DNA of 64,000 nucleotides, taken from the NCBI GenBank assembly GCA_023267275.1, contig JAHFNO010000006.1, positions 9,519 to 73,518 on the forward strand, written 5' to 3'. Numbering within the stretch: the first letter of the stretch is position 1; each line of letters begins with the position of its first letter. The notes beneath the pieces are model-generated. The model was not told the origin of the DNA and ran no database searches. It saw only the letters and a list, made by a program, of their open reading frames with translations. Below, one piece after another: positions 1-9,585 of this stretch. Made by a program: the position numbers and the translations under genes. The DNA is from Candidatus Nomurabacteria bacterium. Its GTDB lineage: Bacteria; Patescibacteriota; Minisyncoccia; Phycocordibacterales; UBA9973.

Positions 1-2
1 AT

Positions 3-1379
3 CAGAATGTACGAGGTGGAACTATCGTTGGTGGTAGTAGTTCATTTACAAGTACCTATACAGGTGGAACAGTGGCAACCCCGCAGATTCCAGATCTTTC
101 AACATCAAATAAAGCTCGTGCTGACATAATGCAAACTGGATATACAGCACTTCAAAATATGTCAGATGTTATTTCAACAGACAATGCTGAATTCCAAAAT
201 GCACAAAGTTACCGTGACAACATATCACAAAAAAAAGCAAATTTAGAAACGAGCCATGCGATTGAGCGACAACTTCTTTCCTTGCTTAAGCGTATTGATT
301 TACTACCAACACTTAGTGGGTATCCAGGACCTACAGGGTCGCTTGATCTTGTTCCAACAATCTCACTTAATGGGGATAAAGTTGTTACAGTAAACCAGGA
401 TGATACCTATACTGATGCTGGAGCAACAGCAAAAGATACAACTGATGGAGATATCACAAACAAAATTATCACGACAAATAACGTAGACACTGCAACCCCA
501 GGAATATACACCATAACCTATGACGTTATAAACAAAGCGGGGATTACGGCAAATCAAGTTACCCGCACTGTTCGCGTGCTTGATCCAAACAACTCGGTTT
601 TACCAGACATACAAAACTATGCGGTAAAAAATGAACCGTTCTCAAAAACAAACCTATTGCCTGACATAGGTACTTTGGATGGATCAGGTACCGGATCAAC
701 ACCTATACGTGATTACAACAAAGACTTGCTTGCAATCAAAAACATGAGAGATATTTCATCTTTTACTGACTACGAACTAGAACTCAGGGCGATCAATAAT
801 ATTTTCAGTCAAATCGCACCATATATTCATGGAGTAGACGATCTCAATAGTGAACAAGCTGTTCTCGATACGATGATGCTCTCTTCAAATAATATTGCGA
901 CCTTTGATAAAACAACAGGGGAACTCACTGGCGGTGTTCTGAATCAATGTATAAAAACAACCACAAAGCCTGGATATAAGGGTCCAACTGCCCGCAAATT
1001 GTTTGCATACCTCGCATCAAATGATGGCACAATTAAAAAATTACCTGAATGGCTCACCACAAAACTTCCTCCGAGTCAGTCATTCCTTCCAGACTGGCAC
1101 TTTGCACAAGGAAACGGACAACAATTGGATGGAAAAAATTGGTTTCCTGGCGATGGAGAACCAGCATATCCACCAGATATACAAGGTAAACAATTTACTT
1201 TCCATAATTATAATGGCAATACAATGAAATTGAATGGGGGCACAATGATTGTAGAAGTAAATGGACCTGTCTCACTTGATGATGATAAACTTATTCGAAA
1301 TGATGATGTCGTCAATATGACCTGGCAACCAGTAATCAATGCAATGAAGGGTATCGAAAATCTCACAGGAATGTATTAG
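3..1379 (+). CDS. Surface protein with bacterial Ig-like (DUF5011-type) domain; 5' end outside window
   Basis: The reading frame is open from position 3, so the gene starts upstream of the window. The motif GDKVVTVNQDDTYTDAGATAKDTTDGDITNKIITTNNVDTATPGIYTITYDVINKAGITANQVTRTVRV matches the DUF5011/Ig-like consensus. Confidence 0.6.
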   Translation, partial: QNVRGGTIVGGSSSFTSTYTGGTVATPQIPDLSTSNKARADIMQTGYTALQNMSDVISTDNAEFQNAQSYRDNISQKKANLETSHAIERQLLSLLKRIDLLPTLSGYPGPTGSLDLVPTISLNGDKVVTVNQDDTYTDAGATAKDTTDGDITNKIITTNNVDTATPGIYTITYDVINKAGITANQVTRTVRVLDPNNSVLPDIQNYAVKNEPFSKTNLLPDIGTLDGSGTGSTPIRDYNKDLLAIKNMRDISSFTDYELELRAINNIFSQIAPYIHGVDDLNSEQAVLDTMMLSSNNIATFDKTTGELTGGVLNQCIKTTTKPGYKGPTARKLFAYLASNDGTIKKLPEWLTTKLPPSQSFLPDWHFAQGNGQQLDGKNWFPGDGEPAYPPDIQGKQFTFHNYNGNTMKLNGGTMIVEVNGPVSLDDDKLIRNDDVVNMTWQPVINAMKGIENLTGMY

Positions 1380-1424
1380 AATCAATAAACAATTGAACAC
1401 GGGAACAAGAAAGCAAAACACACA

Positions 1425-4022
1425 ATGAAACGATTCGCTCCACTTATTTTTACGATAGCCATCCTCGCTAGCACGTTGTTGCCTTTTTCTGCGACACTCA
1501 CTGCAAACCGGGCATATGCAGACAATACAACTTCCGTAAACACCACCTATACTCCGCCACAAGATGTTCAAGGATATCTTGAAGAATGCAGTATAAAAAC
1601 TTTTATTCCAGGATGTCTTGAACAACTAATATATTATATTCCGTACACATTCGGTTCATGGGCAATGTCTGTTGCGGCCGAGGCATTTGACGCAGCGGCA
1701 AATCTTACGCTTTCAAGCACGCTCTATACAACAGGAAGCAATTTCCTTGAAAAAGGATGGACGGTCACCCGCGACTTTGCGAATATTTTCTTTATTCTCA
1801 TTTTGCTTTTCATTGCCTTTTCTTTAGTACTCGACATCGAGATTGGTCACGCAAACCCAAAGAAAATGCTGACCTCTGTTATCTTAGTTGCCATACTTAT
1901 CAACTTCAGCTTTTTTGCTACCGAGGTTGTCATTGATATTTCCAACTCCATGGCGCTCGTCTTCTACAACCAGATCAGCGTGGTAAATGAAAGCGGGGGA
2001 GCAGTAAACAATGATGATGTTAACAAACAGCTAAAAGACACAAACAATCAATATATCAATGCAAGTGCTGTAAAACCACTGAGTGTTGCCTTAGTAAAAG
2101 CATTTACTCCGCAAGTTTTTTCAAACCCGGCGTTTTATGAAAAACTTAAAAAAGTTGGGTCAAGTGGTTTCTTTAATTCGAGTAGCAAAGTAGTAAATAC
2201 AAGCGACAAGATTGAAGCGATGGTCATCATTCCAATCATGCTCATGGTAGGAATGATGTTTCTCGTCGTTGCATATAGTTTTATTGTGGCACTCATCTCA
2301 CTCCTTGGTCGCCTTATTGGGCTTTGGATTGCAATTGTTTTTGCACCGCTCGCCTTTGTTTCCATGATTGTTCCATCCACAAAGGAAATTTCAGGATTTG
2401 GTTGGAATGACTGGAGTAGTTCGCTTCTCACCAATGCATTTGCAGCACCAATCTATTTCTTTTTCTTGCTTCTTATTTCGCTTCTCACACAAATTTCTAT
2501 TGTTCCCAAGACAATTCCTGATTCGCTTTCACCTGGAATACTCCTTGTGCTTGTCATCATCCAATTTGCAATTGTTATGACAATGCTTTTGAAAGCTACT
2601 TCATACGTAAAGAAGGCGGCTGGAGAAATTGGCAACATGGTAATGAAGGGAGCACAGGTACTCGTTGGCGGAGCAGCTGGACTTGCCGCAGGAACAGCAC
2701 TTGGCGCGGTGGCACTTGGCGGACAAGCTACAGTTGGGTTTGTGGGCAAGAGAATTTCTCAATCTGGAATGCTTAATAAATGGGCATCTGGTGAAGGTGG
2801 TGGTGGAAAATTTGGACGAGCCCTTAAGCAATTTACCGGAGAAAATGTTTTGAAGGGTAGCCAATTCCTTTCAAAATCAAGTTTTGATGCACGCCACACT
2901 GGTGTTGCCAACGCGCTCTCTTCTGCAACAGGTATTGGGCTCGGTAGTTTTGGAGCGCTCGCAGCAGCAAAAACCGCGGGTGGTCTTGAGGCCGCTGCAG
3001 CTCGCAAAGCAGAAAAAGATGAAAAGTTTGCAAATAGTCTGCGACAAAATTCCGCTCAAGAAGCAGAATTGAAGAAACTGAAAGGCGCTCGAGAAAAAGA
3101 ACTAGATGAAAAAGAAGCGGAACAAAAACTACAACAAAAATTAAAGGAGAATATTGATGCTGAGGTTCGCACACAAGAAACAATTCGTCGTGAAGCTAGT
3201 GAATTAATGAAAAATCTAAATGCTCAAGGCATTAAACCAGGAGACAAGAGATATGACGATGCACAAAAAGCCTTTGATGAAGCTCTTGTAAAATTAAATG
3301 ATGGACCCAGCGCACTCAAAAAACAAGCTGAGGATGCTCGAAAAGCTGCTCAAAAAATTAAAGAGGAAGCTGATGCAATTAAGCTTGGAAAAAGAAACGC
3401 TGATGGAACTCAAATTAAGGCAACTGAAGGGGAGACTAAAGCCGACGGAACAACAGTTACAAAAAAAGAAGCAGACAGTGGAAAAATTATCAGCAAAGAT
3501 TCTTTGTCCCTTTCAGACCTTGAAAAGCTTGTTGAAAATAGTAAAAAAGCTCCTGCACGCGCATATCTCGCATATCAAGCAGAAACATCTGGCTATCATA
3601 CAAATGTCACCCGAGACAAACTTGGTAACGTAACTGGTTTCCATGTAGACACCAGTCAACCGGGGGAAAGAAATTGGGCACGAGCTGGTATGCGCGTATT
3701 TGGTGCAGCAGCACTTGGCGGGCTTACTGGAAATATTGGACTGCTTACAACGGCTGTTAGTGGAATTGGTGGCGCAGTAACATTTGGTGTTGCAGCGGCA
3801 ATGCGAGATGTACTAGCTGAAATGGGTGGAGGAAAAACAGGTAGTAGTATTGTGGCTGGAGAGGCTGCCCATCACACAGCAGAGCCAGGTGGCAAACACG
3901 AACACGAACATGGTGTCTATCACTCACCAAACAAAGACTTCTTTGATCAGTTGAAATCAATCTTTACTGGCGGTGGAGGAGGTGGAGGTGGATCCAAACC
4001 TGCTGCAGCTGCACATCATTAA
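1425..4022 (+). CDS. VirB6/TrbL-like polytopic membrane protein with long coiled-coil, Gly-rich C-terminal tail
   Basis: An N-terminal signal peptide is followed by at least six hydrophobic helices, a Gly/Ala-rich segment, and a charged coiled-coil region (KAEKDEKFANSLRQNSAQEAELKKLK...). It sits inside a T4SS-like gene cluster. Confidence 0.5.
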   Translation: MKRFAPLIFTIAILASTLLPFSATLTANRAYADNTTSVNTTYTPPQDVQGYLEECSIKTFIPGCLEQLIYYIPYTFGSWAMSVAAEAFDAAANLTLSSTLYTTGSNFLEKGWTVTRDFANIFFILILLFIAFSLVLDIEIGHANPKKMLTSVILVAILINFSFFATEVVIDISNSMALVFYNQISVVNESGGAVNNDDVNKQLKDTNNQYINASAVKPLSVALVKAFTPQVFSNPAFYEKLKKVGSSGFFNSSSKVVNTSDKIEAMVIIPIMLMVGMMFLVVAYSFIVALISLLGRLIGLWIAIVFAPLAFVSMIVPSTKEISGFGWNDWSSSLLTNAFAAPIYFFFLLLISLLTQISIVPKTIPDSLSPGILLVLVIIQFAIVMTMLLKATSYVKKAAGEIGNMVMKGAQVLVGGAAGLAAGTALGAVALGGQATVGFVGKRISQSGMLNKWASGEGGGGKFGRALKQFTGENVLKGSQFLSKSSFDARHTGVANALSSATGIGLGSFGALAAAKTAGGLEAAAARKAEKDEKFANSLRQNSAQEAELKKLKGAREKELDEKEAEQKLQQKLKENIDAEVRTQETIRREASELMKNLNAQGIKPGDKRYDDAQKAFDEALVKLNDGPSALKKQAEDARKAAQKIKEEADAIKLGKRNADGTQIKATEGETKADGTTVTKKEADSGKIISKDSLSLSDLEKLVENSKKAPARAYLAYQAETSGYHTNVTRDKLGNVTGFHVDTSQPGERNWARAGMRVFGAAALGGLTGNIGLLTTAVSGIGGAVTFGVAAAMRDVLAEMGGGKTGSSIVAGEAAHHTAEPGGKHEHEHGVYHSPNKDFFDQLKSIFTGGGGGGGGSKPAAAAHH

Positions 4023-4105
4023 GTAAGCATCTGCTTCCCCTCCTTGTCGAGGAGGGGATTGAGGGGAGGTGATTAAAATTTTTTAAATGCTACAATAATA
4101 AATAT

Positions 4106-4933
4106 ATGGCTGACGAAGTAAAAAAAGTACCTGTTGTCTCTAGTACAACAAACACTCCATCGGTAAACGATCCTCAGTTTGACGAAATAAAAAGTGAGCT
4201 TTTTACTCGTTTCGAACTTCTTCCTGATGATATCAAAAAGGCAATTACTGATGACGGATACCAAACAAAACTCCTCACTATTGCAAAAGAACAAAAAATG
4301 ACCTATGAAGAACTTGGTATACTGGAGACAGAAACAACGATGGTACTTCTTGGAATGACAAAACCTGAAGATTATCGCGATGAACTGCAATTGCAATTGA
4401 AAAAGAACGATGCAGATATCGATACCTTGGTAAAAAAAGTAAATGAACAGGTATTCCTTCCTATCCGCGCATCACTTGAACGAGTATACGCAGCAAAAAA
4501 GGAACCAGCAGATTATATTCCGGAAAGTATTGTTACTGGGGTTGTAGAAAAAACACCTCCCACCACCCCGCCTGGAGTACCAGTCACCCCTCCTCAGGCA
4601 GGAAGGGAAATAATGAGCACACTGTCCACACAAGACAAATCAATTCTTGAAAAAACTGGTGTGGTGATCAATGAAACAAAACCTACTCCCAACCCTGTGC
4701 AAACTGCAGGAGTTGCAAATCGTAATGATTTGCTGAAGGGAATAGAAAACCCTCCAAAAGCACCGGTCATTGGAATGATGGCAAGCAAACTCAACACTAC
4801 CGGGCCAGCCATGCCAACAAAATCGACCGATTACTCAATATTGAAAAATGCGAGTACTCCACCTCCCACAAATATTCCTGTCGCACCAAAAACACAAGGA
4901 TCTGATCCGTATCGGGAACCAATCGGACACTAG
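4106..4933 (+). CDS. hypothetical protein, Pro-rich C-terminus
   Basis: Clean ORF following the terminator hairpin at 4040-4062; no recognisable motif. Confidence 0.5.
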   Translation: MADEVKKVPVVSSTTNTPSVNDPQFDEIKSELFTRFELLPDDIKKAITDDGYQTKLLTIAKEQKMTYEELGILETETTMVLLGMTKPEDYRDELQLQLKKNDADIDTLVKKVNEQVFLPIRASLERVYAAKKEPADYIPESIVTGVVEKTPPTTPPGVPVTPPQAGREIMSTLSTQDKSILEKTGVVINETKPTPNPVQTAGVANRNDLLKGIENPPKAPVIGMMASKLNTTGPAMPTKSTDYSILKNASTPPPTNIPVAPKTQGSDPYREPIGH

Positions 4934-5024
4934 AACAAGAAAACATAAAAACACGAGAACAAAAAATACAATTGTTCTCGTGTTTTGTTTTCATGATCTT
5001 GTGCTCTAGTGATATAATGACTCT

Positions 5025-5429
5025 ATGCGATTTTCTGTTCCACAATTTATTGATGTTGAGGACAAAATTTTTGGACCGCTCACGTTCAAACAATTCGTCT
5101 ATCTTGTAGGTGGGGGAGGAATGGTTTTTCTTTGCTATAAATTCTTGCCTTGGTATCTTTGGATCCCTCTTGGTCTTGGATTCGGCGGTCTCGGATTTGC
5201 ACTCGCCTTTGTTAAGGTAAATGAAAAACCGCTCATCAATACGATAGAGGCAATGTTCAATTACGGTATCAATGACAAGCTCTACGTTTGGAAGAAAGAA
5301 CACCCAACCAAAAAATCACAAGAACAAAAGAACAAGGAACAAGAAGTGCCCGTTCAATTACTCCCCCGAATTTCAGAATCCAAGTTGCACGATATAGCTT
5401 GGGGACTTGATGTTCTTGATAAGAGCTAA
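5025..5429 (+). CDS. PrgI-family (VirB3-like) small membrane protein of T4SS
   Basis: The N-terminus (VPQFIDVEDKIFGPLTFKQFVYL) is followed by two TM helices, and the gene lies immediately upstream of VirB4. A conserved TGnTATAAT promoter module ends 7 nt before the ATG. Confidence 0.5.
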   Translation: MRFSVPQFIDVEDKIFGPLTFKQFVYLVGGGGMVFLCYKFLPWYLWIPLGLGFGGLGFALAFVKVNEKPLINTIEAMFNYGINDKLYVWKKEHPTKKSQEQKNKEQEVPVQLLPRISESKLHDIAWGLDVLDKS

Positions 5430-5472
5430 AAATAAAATAACACAAGAACACTAAAACAAAAGAACAAGATAT

Positions 5473-5838
5473 ATGCAGGGAAATACTTACAGAGAAACAC
5501 TTAAAAATAAAATGGATCAGTATGTTCATTTTATTTATGGGATAACGAAATCATTTCCAAAAGAAGAAATATTCGGTTCAGTTTCTCAAATACGTAGGGC
5601 GGGGCTTTCTGTTGTTTTGAATTATACGGAGGGTTATGCACGAAGAAAACCCTTGGTTCTACTAAACTTTTATGAGATTGCATATGGCTCTCTTCAAGAG
5701 TCAAAATATTTACTTTTGTTTGCAAAAGACGAAAAATATATACCTGAGGATATATACAAAAAAGGAGAAATTATGGCAAACGAAATAGGTGCAATGCTTT
5801 GGAAAGAAATTCAATCAATAGAAAAATCTATTAAATAA
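5473..5838 (+). CDS. four-helix-bundle protein (TIGR02436, 23S rRNA IVS-like protein family)
   Basis: Family signature SQIRRAGLSVVLNYTEGYARRKPLVLLNFYEIAYGSLQESKYLLLFAKDEKYI. Confidence 0.75.
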   Translation: MQGNTYRETLKNKMDQYVHFIYGITKSFPKEEIFGSVSQIRRAGLSVVLNYTEGYARRKPLVLLNFYEIAYGSLQESKYLLLFAKDEKYIPEDIYKKGEIMANEIGAMLWKEIQSIEKSIK

Positions 5839-5884
5839 CAATTTTTGATTTAATGTTCTCTTGTTCTGGTGATATACTGTTCTC

Positions 5885-6541
5885 GTGGCTATCAGCGCAA
5901 CAGCAACTCAAGAATTTGTTCCAATCAAAGAAGTCCGTGAAGGAACCATCGTTCTTAAAGATGGTGGTCTCCGGGCTATTATTGCCGTCTCATCAGTAAA
6001 CCTTGCCCTCAAATCAAGCGACGAGCAAATTGCAACAATCAATCAATTTCAGTCATTTCTCAATTCGATCGATTTTCCTATTCAAATAGTTATTCAATCT
6101 CGCCGTCTTGATATTCGACCATATCTCCTTATGCTCGAAGGCAAAATGAAAGACCAGCACGAACCTCTCCTTAAACTACAGACCGCTGGATATATTAGTT
6201 TCATTCGTGAATTTACCGAACAAGTCGCCATCATGCGCAAATACTTTTACGTAGTTATTCCCTATGAAGAAGCAGCGATTTCAACAAAAAAAGGTTTTTT
6301 GGGTGGAATTTTTGGGAACAAACAATCTGGACAGACAAAACAAATGGCTGAAAATGCAAGCTTTGAAGAAAAGCGAACACAACTTGATGAGCGCGTAAGT
6401 GTGATCGCAAATGGACTTGGCAGTGTTGGTGCTCGTACTGAGCGCCTGCAAACGGAGGAGGTGATCGAGCTCTTCTACAAGACATTCAATCCTGGAGATA
6501 TTCAACCTGCAGTAAAACTCGCCGAAGTAGTAAATCAATAA
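5885..6541 (+). CDS. VirB4/TraE N-terminal domain encoded as a separate gene
   Basis: GTG start. Matches the CagE/TrbE/VirB4 N-domain pattern (EGTIVLKDGGLRAIIAVSSVNLALKSSDEQ ... FPIQIVIQSRRLDIRPYL ... MRKYFYVVIPYEE). It is in a different frame from the downstream ATPase gene and separated from it by a 103-nt intergenic region. Confidence 0.6.
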   Translation: MAISATATQEFVPIKEVREGTIVLKDGGLRAIIAVSSVNLALKSSDEQIATINQFQSFLNSIDFPIQIVIQSRRLDIRPYLLMLEGKMKDQHEPLLKLQTAGYISFIREFTEQVAIMRKYFYVVIPYEEAAISTKKGFLGGIFGNKQSGQTKQMAENASFEEKRTQLDERVSVIANGLGSVGARTERLQTEEVIELFYKTFNPGDIQPAVKLAEVVNQ

Positions 6542-6644
6542 CCAATGAAACGCAAAAACACCAGAACAACTAAACAACAAATGCAAAAACAAGAATGTCT
6601 TTCTGGTTATTATTGTTTTAATGTTTTTATGATTTACTGATTTT

Positions 6645-8495
6645 ATGTTTTCACTATTTGGAAAAAAGAAAAACCCAGCTGGGGAATCAACCCACATTCA
6701 GGCAAACGCAATGCCTATTTTTCCTGAGCAAATTTACGAAGCAGCCTCACTTGAACTCAAAGACATCATCGCTCCTTCAGCACTCAAAATCGAACCAAAA
6801 TCAATCAACCTTGGAGACAAAATTGCACGTACCTATTTTGTTATTTCCTACCCATCAACACTCACCGACAATTGGCTCTCTCCAGTCATCAACCTCGACA
6901 AGGTATTTGATATTTCAATAACAATTCATCCTGTAGAAACTGCACAAATTCTTCGTCAATTTCAAAAGAAAGTAGCCGAGGTACAAAGCCAAATCATGGA
7001 ACGTGAAGCAAAGGGAATGGTGCGCGACCCAATGCTCGATATGGCGAACAAAAATCTTGAGGATTTGCGCGACCGTCTCACTCAAGCACAAGAAAAAATG
7101 TTTGATGTTGGACTCTATCTCACGATTTACGCCGATAACGAAACTGAATTGTATAAAATTGAAAATGAAATCAAATCAATTCTTGAATCAAAACTCATTT
7201 ACTTTAAGCCTGCACTCTTTCAGCAAGATGATGGATTTAAGAGCGTGCTTCCACTTGAAGACGATCGTTTACAGATATACCAAAAGCTCAATTCGGAGCC
7301 ACTCTCGAGTTTTTTCCCATTTGTTTCGTTTGACCTTACGAGTGACAAAGGAATTCTCTACGGTGTAAACCGCCACAATTCCTCACTCATTATTTTTGAC
7401 CGTTTCAGTCTCGACAACTACAACTCAATTATTTTTGCTACATCGGGTGCTGGAAAATCATACGCCACAAAACTCGAAGTGATTCGTTGTCTCATGTTCG
7501 ATACCGAAGTGATTGTTATCGACCCAGAACGTGAATACGAACGTCTCGCCGAAGCACTCGGTGGACGCTACTTCAATATTTCGCTCAACTCTGGAAGTCA
7601 CATCAATCCGTTTGACCTTCCGCTTCCTGGAGAGGGGGAGACGGGTAATGACGTGCTTCGCGGAAATGTCATCAATCTTGTTGGACTCTTTCGTATCATG
7701 CTTGGCGGACTTACTGCCGAAGAAGACGCGCTCGTTGATCGCGCCATAATGGAAACATATGCGGTTAAAGACATCACTCCGGATTCTGATTTTTCTCAAA
7801 TCGAACCGCCGCTTCTTTCCGATTTCGAAATGGTACTCTCGGGCATGGAAGGAACTGAATCAATCGTTTCTCGTCTTTCAAAATATACCCACGGTTCGTG
7901 GGCAGGGTTTATCAACCAGCCATCAAACGTAGACATCAACAAAAAATTTGTGGTTTTCTCTGTGCGCGACATGGAAGACGACCTCAAACCTGCAGCCATG
8001 TATATCGTGACCCACTTCATTTGGAACGAAGTTCGTAAAAATATCAAAAAACGACTGCTTGTAGTGGATGAGGCATGGTGGATGATGAAATCCGACGATA
8101 CTGCCTCGTTCTTGTACTCGATTGCAAAGCGCGGCCGCAAATATTTCTTAGGACTTGCCACAATCACTCAAGACGTCGGAGATTTTATGAAGAGCCCATA
8201 CGGTATTCCAATCGTTACGAACTCATCACTGCAACTTCTCTTGAAACAATCGCCATCAACGGTAGATGTATTGCAAAAAACATTCAACCTCACTGATGAA
8301 GAGAAATATCTGTTGCTTGAATGTAACAAGGGGGAGGGAATCTTCTTTGCTGGACTCAAACATGTGGCGATTAAAGTGATTGCCTCGTACACAGAAGACC
8401 AGCTCATCACAAGCGACCCGTCACAAATCCTAGCATTACAAAAATCAAGAACAGAACTCGCAGAAGCTGTATCTGGAACACCTCCGGTTCAATAA
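6645..8495 (+). CDS. virB4: T4SS ATPase VirB4/TraC/CagE family (C-terminal ATPase half)
   Basis: Walker A ATSGAGKSYATK, Walker B LLVVDEAWWMM, and the VirB4 middle-region motif DIIAPSALKIEPKSINLGDKIARTYFVISYP. Confidence 0.85.
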   Translation: MFSLFGKKKNPAGESTHIQANAMPIFPEQIYEAASLELKDIIAPSALKIEPKSINLGDKIARTYFVISYPSTLTDNWLSPVINLDKVFDISITIHPVETAQILRQFQKKVAEVQSQIMEREAKGMVRDPMLDMANKNLEDLRDRLTQAQEKMFDVGLYLTIYADNETELYKIENEIKSILESKLIYFKPALFQQDDGFKSVLPLEDDRLQIYQKLNSEPLSSFFPFVSFDLTSDKGILYGVNRHNSSLIIFDRFSLDNYNSIIFATSGAGKSYATKLEVIRCLMFDTEVIVIDPEREYERLAEALGGRYFNISLNSGSHINPFDLPLPGEGETGNDVLRGNVINLVGLFRIMLGGLTAEEDALVDRAIMETYAVKDITPDSDFSQIEPPLLSDFEMVLSGMEGTESIVSRLSKYTHGSWAGFINQPSNVDINKKFVVFSVRDMEDDLKPAAMYIVTHFIWNEVRKNIKKRLLVVDEAWWMMKSDDTASFLYSIAKRGRKYFLGLATITQDVGDFMKSPYGIPIVTNSSLQLLLKQSPSTVDVLQKTFNLTDEEKYLLLECNKGEGIFFAGLKHVAIKVIASYTEDQLITSDPSQILALQKSRTELAEAVSGTPPVQ

Positions 8496-8600
8496 AACAA
8501 AAAATCACGAGAACACTAGAGCAAAAAGCCCCGCGCTACGCGCGGGGCTTTTTGTTACTTTTTGTTTTTATGTTCATTGTTCTAGTGATATACTGTTTCT

Positions 8601-9581
8601 ATGATACGCAAAGCGTTGTTTACTCTCACTTTTATTGCAATCGTTGTACCAGCTATTTCATTTGCTCAGGTGAACGATCAAATTTCTGTTTCTACTGATC
8701 CAATAAATCCTGGTGCAAACCAATCCGTCACCGTAACACTCCAAAGTTATTCTCTCGATCTTCAATCGTCTGAAATCGATTGGTCTCTTGATGGAAAACG
8801 AATGAAAGGAGGTATTGGAAACAATACGTTTACTTTCACCACAAAAAGTATCGGTTCACCGTCAACAGTTTCTGTAACAGTTATTCCTATTGGAGTTCCG
8901 CAAATAACCAAAACAATCACCATCAATCCAATGTCGGTGGATATTCTCTGGCAGGCAACCGATTCAATCGTACCTCCGTTGTATAAGGGCAAAGCAATGC
9001 CAACATCAGAATCTCAAATAAAATTTGTGGCTATTCCTCAAGTACAAACTGCTGGAGGATCGCTTGTAGCAAGTAGTTCACTTATCTATGACTGGAAAGA
9101 AAATTACATAAGTGATCAGAGTAATTCCGGTTATGGAAAAGATTTCTTTATCACTGCGATGGACTATCTCAATCCAACAAAAGATGTGAGTGTATCGGTA
9201 GGAACCCGCGATGGAGGAACAGCTACTGATGGCACGGTGGAAATTAAACCGATCAATCCTGAAGTTCTTTGGTATGCATCGAGCCCTCTCTACGGTCCGC
9301 TCTTTTCTGCAGCGCTGGGTGACAGTTACACTGTGGCCGGTAACGAAACTTCTCTCGTTGCAATGCCATACTTCTTTTCACCCTCAAATCCTGCATCAAA
9401 TCTTTTGAGTTACGCATGGCAAATCAATGGAACGGCGGTAGACACACCAACAATCCCAAATTCTCTCTACCTGCACCGCGATTCAAGCTCGACCGGGAGC
9501 GCAACGATCGACCTTTCTATCTCAAACACCACAAAGCTTTTTCAAGAAGCCACTACTCATCTAAATTTGTTGTTGCAATAA
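8601..9581 (+). CDS. secreted hypothetical protein (signal peptide)
   Basis: N-terminal signal peptide MIRKALFTLTFIAIVVPAISFA; the conserved promoter module lies upstream. Confidence 0.5.
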   Translation: MIRKALFTLTFIAIVVPAISFAQVNDQISVSTDPINPGANQSVTVTLQSYSLDLQSSEIDWSLDGKRMKGGIGNNTFTFTTKSIGSPSTVSVTVIPIGVPQITKTITINPMSVDILWQATDSIVPPLYKGKAMPTSESQIKFVAIPQVQTAGGSLVASSSLIYDWKENYISDQSNSGYGKDFFITAMDYLNPTKDVSVSVGTRDGGTATDGTVEIKPINPEVLWYASSPLYGPLFSAALGDSYTVAGNETSLVAMPYFFSPSNPASNLLSYAWQINGTAVDTPTIPNSLYLHRDSSSTGSATIDLSISNTTKLFQEATTHLNLLLQ

Positions 9582-9585
9582 GTAT

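Noticed and set aside
363-557. Numerous short antisense or embedded ORFs inside well-supported genes, e.g. 363-557, 2135-3183 series, 19915-20637 series, 29104-30290 series, 62870-63359 series
   Set aside because: They lie entirely within longer ORFs that carry recognisable protein-family motifs on the opposite strand or frame. Their compositions are atypical.
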